Assembly (NCBI GenBank): GCA_035290625.1
Contig: DATDTY010000051.1
Coordinates: 4,008-68,007, forward strand
DNA length: 64,000 nt
Reading direction: 5' to 3'
From: Candidatus Nanoarchaeia archaeon
GTDB lineage: Archaea; Nanobdellota; Nanobdellia; Woesearchaeales; DATDTY01
Under the pieces are notes generated by a model. It did not search any database. It had not been told where the DNA came from and worked only from the letters and a program-made list of their open reading frames with translations. Within the stretch, counting starts at the first letter, position 1; the number at the start of each line of letters is the position of its first letter. Of the stretch, positions 57,672-64,000 are shown one piece after another. A program made the position numbers and the translations under genes.

Positions 57672-59033
57672 TCACTTTCTCATCATAAAAAGCTTCAGCA
57701 CGAGAAGCCCGGCAGCTGTAAGAATGACGAGATTTGCAAGGATAAGAAGAGCCACCTTAATGCCAGGGCTAATGCTAGAGATTTCCTCAGCTGCTGGCTC
57801 TGCAGGCTCTAGAGGTTCTCCGGGCTCTGGGAAGAGTTCTTCTTCAGGTTGTGCCTCAGGCTGTTCAGGTTCAGCCACTGGCTGCACCTCTGGCGCTGCA
57901 GGCGCGCACATCACCTCAAGGAACACACGCCCCAGGTTTGACAGCTGGTCAGTATCATAATAAGATCTGACCTCAATGTTGTGATTGCCAGCAGGAGCAT
58001 TGGCAGGCAGGGCAATCCTCCGCGTGATATGGCTGGAATAATCCTCAGTTTCAGGATCATCAAGGTATATCGGCCCCTCACTGAGCACGATCCCCAAGGC
58101 CGGATTTTGGATTGTGTAGGCTGCGCTCTCCTCCTCTCCCTGGCCGTAATTCAATAAATCAAAGCTAAGGGTTACAGATTCTCCGCATGAGGCTTTGACA
58201 GGATCGATCTGCAGATTCTGGACAAGGATATCATGATTCTCCCTGCGTATATCAAGTTCAAGCTCGAGTTCAGCAGAGTGGATCCTCCCATTCTCATCCT
58301 CGCCTTCTGCCTCAATATGCACAACATAGGTATCTTCATCAATAAGGCCTGGAAGCGTGAACCTGAAGGTTTCAAGCCTGGTCCTGTCTGCAGGAAGCTC
58401 AAAGGTGTTGGACTCCTTTTCCAAGTCCTCTCCATCATTGATACCCTCAAGTCTGACAGTGATGAATGCGTCCTCCAGCTTCGTCTTTTCAATAGTTGTA
58501 AAAGTGTTCTTGACCCGAACATCAAAGGTTATCGTTGAGCCCGGCTTTGCAGTCTTCGGGATCGCTGTTGCATTCTGCAGGTCTTTGTTTTCCTCATTGT
58601 CGATCGTAACATCCAGATCATCAAGAATGAGCCTTCCGATGATCGTGGCTTTAAGGGCGAATGTTGAGCTTATTTGAGTGCCGTCTGTCTGGTTTGCTGT
58701 TACGATGACATTTCCCAGCGTCCTTGGGCCCTGCACCTGGCTGAACGGAATTGTTGCATTTACAGCTATTGTTGCAGAAGCTCCTGCAGCCAATGAGCTG
58801 AGATTTGCCGGGCTGAAAGTAACGGAAAAAGGAGCATCACTCGATAAGGAAAGATTCACAAGCTGCTGATCCCCGGAATTCCGAATCTCGAATTGGGCTG
58901 ACCCTGTCGTATTAATCCCGATAGCCCCAAAATTCACCTCAGAAGGAACAGCAAGCTGCCCTGCTGCGCTAACCATACCTGCAAGCAAGACAAACCAAAG
59001 CAGGTGCATAAGGTGCTTCATGAGGCTAACCAC
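57672..59033 (-). CDS. Cell-surface protein with signal peptide, low-complexity PE-rich linker and C-terminal TM anchor
   Basis: N-terminal hydrophobic signal, Ig-like repetitive body, PEQPEAQPEEELFPEPGEPLEPAEP linker, then SPGIKVALLILANLVILTAAGLLVLKLFMMRK (PGF-CTERM-like anchor with PGI). Confidence 0.5.
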   Translation of the reverse strand: MVSLMKHLMHLLWFVLLAGMVSAAGQLAVPSEVNFGAIGINTTGSAQFEIRNSGDQQLVNLSLSSDAPFSVTFSPANLSSLAAGASATIAVNATIPFSQVQGPRTLGNVIVTANQTDGTQISSTFALKATIIGRLILDDLDVTIDNEENKDLQNATAIPKTAKPGSTITFDVRVKNTFTTIEKTKLEDAFITVRLEGINDGEDLEKESNTFELPADRTRLETFRFTLPGLIDEDTYVVHIEAEGEDENGRIHSAELELELDIRRENHDILVQNLQIDPVKASCGESVTLSFDLLNYGQGEEESAAYTIQNPALGIVLSEGPIYLDDPETEDYSSHITRRIALPANAPAGNHNIEVRSYYDTDQLSNLGRVFLEVMCAPAAPEVQPVAEPEQPEAQPEEELFPEPGEPLEPAEPAAEEISSISPGIKVALLILANLVILTAAGLLVLKLFMMRK

Positions 59034-59081
59034 AGAGGAGAGATGTGCCTATTTTTATTTAAATGTATCGGTGAATCTGCA

Positions 59082-60260
59082 TCAAAATCGGGGCTGCAGA
59101 CTTGCCAGGCTCTCCCTCAACTCAGAGTGCTTCAGGCCGTAGACCTGAAGAGGGATATGATGCAGATGGCTGTCTAAAGCCTGCCTGCACGCCATTGCCC
59201 CTTTTCTGACACCATGGCTATGGCCGGAAACAGCATCTGTAAACTGGATCACGAGGTCATTGCCAAGCCTCTGAACAAGACCGGGGATGTGAGAAGCTCC
59301 TACCCTGCAAGCAAGGCCCATGGAGCTCTTAACCCCGTGCCAGGGCTTGGCAAGGCTGCGTTCCTCAATAAGCCTCTTGTCAATCACGTCATGGACATGG
59401 ACAGAAGCATCAGCATTCATTGGTCCCGGCAGGGAGCCGATATGAACGATGTCTGCTCCCGCCAGCCTGCAGAGTTTTGCGCAGGCATGCGAGGACATAT
59501 GGGGCATCCTGACGCTTCGCTGCAGCTGGATAGCAACGGGAACATCAGCCTCACGAAGGTTCTGGAGTGAAGAAAAACCTGAAAGGTTGAGTACAACTGC
59601 CTCACAGCCAAGAGTATGGGCAAAATCTGCCCTCTTCACTGTCTCCGAACCCGTCACATTTGGCATATACATCTTATGCCCTCCGTTCAGCTGCTCAGCT
59701 TTTTTCTTTCTCCGATGCGTCTGAAAGACGCGTTCCTTGAAACGATTCGATGGAAGGTTTGTGAGGGAAGGGGCATCAGCAACGATATCCATCCCTGTCC
59801 ATGCCTCATAGGCATTCATGGAAAACTCATACGAAGACCCCTGCAGCAATGAAGCCTCAAGCAGGGCCTGGTTGGTCCCAATCAGTTTTCGGATTCCCTT
59901 CACGCCAAATCTTGGGCCCGGAAAGGATTTCACTAAAGTCCGCGGAAATTGCATATCAAGAAGCGTTGCCCTCTTTACAGAAGGAAGCTGCAGATGGCCA
60001 GTAAGGCTATGGCTGATCTGATCTGCGTTCCCCGGCTCAAAGAGATCAGCAGGATAGCGTATCAACGCAACCTGTCCCCCCTTGTCAAGGGATACCACCG
60101 CGGGAGCGTCTCCTCTAACAAATGCCTCCGGAGATACGCCAATGCTTGCAGCAGCAACATGCCTGCAGGCATCCTGGAATGAAACTGCCTGAGCAGGCTC
60201 GATTGCATACTCGGCAATGACGTCAGACTTGCTGAAACGTGTTGACAGGAACTGGAACAT
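59082..60260 (-). CDS. RuBisCO large-subunit-like protein (RLP) with substituted carbamylation-site lysine
   Basis: C-terminal blocks MPHMSSHACAKLCRLAGADIVHIG, WHGVKSSMGLACRVGASHIPGLV and QFTDAVSGHSHG parallel the RuBisCO H294/R295, H327/K334 and GGG loops. The segment aligning to GGLDFTKDDE reads GMDIVADAPS, so K201 and E204 appear replaced. Confidence 0.65.
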   Translation of the reverse strand: MFQFLSTRFSKSDVIAEYAIEPAQAVSFQDACRHVAAASIGVSPEAFVRGDAPAVVSLDKGGQVALIRYPADLFEPGNADQISHSLTGHLQLPSVKRATLLDMQFPRTLVKSFPGPRFGVKGIRKLIGTNQALLEASLLQGSSYEFSMNAYEAWTGMDIVADAPSLTNLPSNRFKERVFQTHRRKKKAEQLNGGHKMYMPNVTGSETVKRADFAHTLGCEAVVLNLSGFSSLQNLREADVPVAIQLQRSVRMPHMSSHACAKLCRLAGADIVHIGSLPGPMNADASVHVHDVIDKRLIEERSLAKPWHGVKSSMGLACRVGASHIPGLVQRLGNDLVIQFTDAVSGHSHGVRKGAMACRQALDSHLHHIPLQVYGLKHSELRESLASLQPRF

Positions 60261-60305
60261 GCATCCACTGATGCTGAGACGCTATTTAAAGGTTTTGGAA
60301 GCCGG

Positions 60306-60510
60306 GGCTGCGGTGAAAATCTTGCTTCGCAGCTGCCGCCAGTACTCAAAAATGCTGTTCATTTTTGGTCGCTCCTGCGGAGCATCTCGGCTTGTGTCGC
60401 CCTTCTGTATGCATCGTTGAAGCCCCGTATGGGACAACCCCCTCAACTCAGTCTATGGCAATCCTCAAGAGCCTCGCAAAGAGGCGGCAGCACTGATTTT
60501 CACCGCAGCC
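60306..60510 (+). mobile_element. MITE-like non-coding element, family B (205 bp, perfect 16-bp TIR GGCTGCGGTGAAAATC)
   Basis: Same termini and length as 48840-49044. The internal sequence is only partly shared (ggctgccgcc and gcagcac tgattttcaccgcagcc ends). Intergenic between two minus-strand genes. Confidence 0.7.
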
Positions 60511-60528
60511 AGAAGCAAGAGACAGGAG

Positions 60529-61314
60529 TCATCTGCTGTATTTATCATGCCGGTATTCTGATATCAGATAAAACGCAGTTATTGTGTATATCCAAAAGAA
60601 GAGGTACGGCAGAACATAGATCCGGAATCCGAAGATCGAAAGAGGAAAAAGGTACTTCTGAAAAAAGTAGGGCATGATCAAAAGCTCGGGAAGGATAATC
60701 CAGGTGGATGCGAACCCAGTAACCCTGATGACCCGGGTAAACTTTACATGCAGCCTCATCAGCTTTGCAAGGAAGTATCCAAGAAGGATAGACACTGCCC
60801 ACACCATCGTGTATTTTATCGAATACCCTATAAAAAGGACGAACAGCAGCACAGGAAGGCTTGCCAGAAAGCCTACGCTTAGGATGTCCTTAAGAAACTC
60901 TCTTTTTTCCAGCAAATCCCCGAAAGATGACCATTTGTAATTCTTCGTAGCAAAGAAAGAATGCACTGCAAAGCCGTCAGCGTCTGCAAACACAAACTCA
61001 GAGGTCCTGTTAACCTTGCCTTCAGTGTCGATCGTGATATAAGGGTTTCCCGAAGGGATGAGGATGGGAGAGGTGGTCTCCATCTTCACAGTCAGATTGA
61101 GCACAGAGAATTTTGACAGCGCCTCATCAACACGCGACGCAGATTGGGTATACGCCGGGGCAGCAATAAGCAGGGAGAGGAACAGGGAGAAAAATATCAG
61201 AGAATAGAAATAGGCAATCACATACCTCTTCTTCCGCGAAGCGATAATCTTATAGTGATGGGGGCTTAAGGTCTCGATAATTGTCTTGAAGAAATGGATA
61301 TAATGGTCAAACAT
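60529..61314 (-). CDS. Hypothetical integral membrane protein (261 aa)
   Basis: Several hydrophobic helices. No motif recognised. Confidence 0.4.
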   Translation of the reverse strand: MFDHYIHFFKTIIETLSPHHYKIIASRKKRYVIAYFYSLIFFSLFLSLLIAAPAYTQSASRVDEALSKFSVLNLTVKMETTSPILIPSGNPYITIDTEGKVNRTSEFVFADADGFAVHSFFATKNYKWSSFGDLLEKREFLKDILSVGFLASLPVLLFVLFIGYSIKYTMVWAVSILLGYFLAKLMRLHVKFTRVIRVTGFASTWIILPELLIMPYFFQKYLFPLSIFGFRIYVLPYLFFWIYTITAFYLISEYRHDKYSR

Positions 61315-61355
61315 AGAGTTCCCAAGGGACGAGAAGTATAAAAAGGTTACTCAGA

Positions 61356-61602
61356 TGGGGCTCAGCAGAAAGTCCGGTATCCCTTCTGCGAGCTTCTTCG
61401 CAGTCATAACCGCCGCTGACAGAGGGTTGCCCCAATCAAAACGCCCTCTGGCGTTTTGGTGTGCCAAAAGAGCGTAGCTCTTTTTAGCACCTTCGGGGGT
61501 GTCAGCAATCGCAGGGGCAAGCGCAAGCGAGCCGGTGGCTAGCGAGCAAGCTCGCCTTGCTCGCTTGCAAGCCACTGCCGATTGACTTTCTACTGAGCCC
61601 CA
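61356..61602 (+). mobile_element. MITE-like non-coding element, family A (247 bp, 18-19 bp TIR TGGGGCTCAGCAGAAAGTC)
   Basis: Termini tggggctcagcagaaagtc...gactttctactgagcccca (1 mismatch). A near-identical copy lies at 51430-51672. Confidence 0.65.
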
Positions 61603-61738
61603 ATGCCGAATAGTGTAGTATGCAGGCTCTCCAGCAGTAAGACACAACCACACCTGCTCTTGGTACAATGAGTATAATGATTACTATATAGTGGTTAAAA
61701 TAACAAGATTTAAATAGGGATTTGGGCTCCACAGCAGT

Positions 61739-62509
61739 ATGAGCAGTGTAAGTCGCATAGGCGCGCATCCTGCATACGGCTACCAGCCGTACAGCCGCAG
61801 CAATGGGTATAAGCCGTTAGTGCCTCCAATCGCAAAGATCGTGCATGATGCAGCAAGTCTCTACAGCCAGGGCAGAGTCCAAGCTGCTCATCAGGCAATC
61901 AGCCAGATCCCTCTGAAAACCACGCACAATCCGATCTTGCAAGCCATCAGGCTAGAGGCTGAGTCAGTCCAATCAGCACGTGGCAGATTACGCAGCCAGG
62001 AAACACTGGAGGAACTCAGCAGCCACTACAACAGGATTCCAGCCATAGGCCAAGGAGTTGAGCAGGTTGTAAGAGCAGCAATCCCGAACAGGCAGTATCC
62101 GGCCAGAGAGAAAACAGGATATACTCCCCCGGTGGTTCCAACCGAAATCGCGGTTCAGACGCAAGGCCATGGGCTTGAGGCGCAGCTTGCTCTTGGCCAT
62201 GATAGCAGGCTGAGAGGGGCGCTTCCTGTTGATCTCATCGCACGCGGAGCAGCTCACGATTATCTGGACAATAAAGTGCTTAAAGTGATAGAAGAGAACC
62301 AGAAAGGAAAGAAGGCTGCAGCGCAAGCAGATGTGCCAAACCAGATTGTGGATCACGTTATCCACGGCAAGGGCCTTGCCAGCTCCAATCAGATCTATGG
62401 GATTGTAAATGAGATGGTTGCAACTGCTGTTCCGATCTTCGGAAACCACATTGACGTATTGCCCGTAGACAGAAATGCAACGATAGAGCCAACCATAATC
62501 ACCCAGTGA
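61739..62509 (+). CDS. Hypothetical protein (256 aa)
   Basis: GC-rich ORF with Ala/Gln-rich low complexity. Could be non-coding; no motif. Confidence 0.3.
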   Translation: MSSVSRIGAHPAYGYQPYSRSNGYKPLVPPIAKIVHDAASLYSQGRVQAAHQAISQIPLKTTHNPILQAIRLEAESVQSARGRLRSQETLEELSSHYNRIPAIGQGVEQVVRAAIPNRQYPAREKTGYTPPVVPTEIAVQTQGHGLEAQLALGHDSRLRGALPVDLIARGAAHDYLDNKVLKVIEENQKGKKAAAQADVPNQIVDHVIHGKGLASSNQIYGIVNEMVATAVPIFGNHIDVLPVDRNATIEPTIITQ

Positions 62510-62550
62510 AGAAATAGAAAATAAAAAAATAGAAAGAGGATCCAGATGCC

Positions 62551-63618
62551 CTATCCGACAAACTGGATGCCTAGTTCCCGAGAAAGCCCGCGCGCCTCGC
62601 GAGCTTTCTGCTGCTGATCTACTTTTCCAAGGATCCAAGGAGATTTAACGCCAGTCATGATTGTCATGACAGCAATCTTTCCCTTCATATCATTGTTTAT
62701 CCTTGCTCCCCAGATTACATTGGCATCGTCATCGAGGCTTTCAGTGACAAGATCGCCTGCCCTGCTTACCTCATCAAGGGTCATATCGGGGCCGCCTTCG
62801 ATGTGGATCAGCGCGCCTGTAGCTCCCTTGTAGCTGATATCCAGCAAAGGATTGGAAAGGGCGCCTTTGACAGCCTCTTCAACCCGATTGGTAGTATCCG
62901 AATACCCAACACCAATCGCTGCTACTCCTCCATTTGTCATGATTGCCTTTACATCCGCATAGTCCAGGTTGACCAAGGAAGGGACTGCAATTGTCTCCAC
63001 AATCCCGCGGATCATCGTGGAGATAAGCTCATTGGCAACTGCAAATGCCTGTTGTACTGGCAAATTGCCTGCGATGCTGACAAGTCGATTATTGTCAATG
63101 ACGATGACAGTATCAGATACTTGGCGAAGCTGATTCAGCCCAAACTCTGCCTTGTCAATTCGAGCGCGTTCGATGTTGAACGGCATTGTCACAGTGCCAA
63201 TAACAATCGCTCCCATGTCCTTGGCTACCTGAGCTATGATGGGCGCAGAACCGGTACCAGTACCGCCTCCCATTCCTGCACATACAAAGACCATGTCAGA
63301 ACCCTGAAGCATCTCACGAATCTGCTGCAGTGTTTCCTTTGCAGCAGCAGCTCCCTTTTCAGGGTAGCCTCCGCATCCCAGGCCCCTCGTGACATCCCGT
63401 CCGATAAGGAGTTTTTTATCGCATTCAGTAATATCCAGATGCTGCTTGTCAGTATTGCATGCCAGAATCTCTGCTCCACGGATTCCTTTCTTATACAGCC
63501 AGTTGACCATATTCGAGCCTGCTCCTCCGCAGCCAAAAACCCGAATGTTTGCCTTCCCAAACGTAGCAGCAGCAGCCTGCGTCTGCCCCTTGAGGGCATT
63601 CTCAATAATCATATCCAT
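62551..63618 (-). CDS. ftsZ: Cell division GTPase FtsZ
   Basis: Tubulin signature GGGTGTGSAP, N-terminal NIRVFGCGGAGSN and a T7 loop region. The start is taken at MDMIIENALK rather than the longer 63678 ORF. Confidence 0.85.
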   Translation of the reverse strand: MDMIIENALKGQTQAAAATFGKANIRVFGCGGAGSNMVNWLYKKGIRGAEILACNTDKQHLDITECDKKLLIGRDVTRGLGCGGYPEKGAAAAKETLQQIREMLQGSDMVFVCAGMGGGTGTGSAPIIAQVAKDMGAIVIGTVTMPFNIERARIDKAEFGLNQLRQVSDTVIVIDNNRLVSIAGNLPVQQAFAVANELISTMIRGIVETIAVPSLVNLDYADVKAIMTNGGVAAIGVGYSDTTNRVEEAVKGALSNPLLDISYKGATGALIHIEGGPDMTLDEVSRAGDLVTESLDDDANVIWGARINNDMKGKIAVMTIMTGVKSPWILGKVDQQQKAREARGLSRELGIQFVG

Positions 63619-64000
63619 GGTGTCACCTCGAAAAGTTGGGCCCCCAAAAGGACGCATTAAGAGCCTGATTCCCTGCATCTGGCTTGTGCCAGACCCGATG
63701 GAAATCTCCTTTGCTCACGCATCCTTTTTGGCGGGCGCTTTTTTTAATTCTTATGGTGGAGCTAATATATAAATGTTACGTTTTTGTATACTGGGATAGA
63801 GAAGTAATGAAAATGGGAACTAGGAAATGATTTGTTTTCAATATGGAAAAGATTGAAGCGTAAGATACTAAAGCAAGACCAGAGCCTTTTTAAATTCCCC
63901 CCCCCGCTTAGTAACGAGCATGCCAAAGCAGCCAACCTTAGACAAAGTCCAGGCATTCCTTGCCAACATCCTGCGATTGACATTAGTAATCGCAGTTGCC

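Overview
This 64 kb window looks like an archaeal chromosome segment, about 50% GC and gene-dense, with frequent 4-nt ATGA/stop overlaps and Shine-Dalgarno sites. The features resemble a small-genome, DPANN-like lineage. Archaeal core genes are clear: family-B DNA polymerase, Orc1/Cdc6, proteasome beta, aCPSF1 (KH + beta-CASP), S3Ae, an archaeal histone, FtsZ, a GlxRS-type GluRS and a TGT. They sit alongside bacterial-type genes: gyrB alone, class-II LysRS, SerRS, RibA/RibD, an MraZ-like protein and PurA.

Metabolic blocks include a riboflavin cluster with two unusual fusions (HAD-RibA and RibC-RibH), an AdoCbl-dependent RNR cotranscribed with a cobalamin adenosyltransferase, and an IMPDH-like/PurA purine pair. 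A catalytically altered RuBisCO-like protein and extracytoplasmic redox genes (CcdA, a TlpA-like thioredoxin, a CuA-type cupredoxin) are also present.

The most novel-looking locus is a low-GC cassette at 6.5-12 kb. It holds two tandem paralogs of a guanylate-kinase-like protein with an unknown C-terminal domain. The cassette is bracketed by two AbrB-PhoU regulators, each divergently paired with a small acidic protein sharing a GFMxGY motif.

The window also holds two toxin-antitoxin pairs and four tRNAs, three of them with introns or insertions. Two families of about 205-245 bp non-coding elements with perfect 16-18 bp terminal inverted repeats (MITE-like) occur in several copies, and they cluster next to tRNA genes. 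No CRISPR array and no rRNA genes were found.
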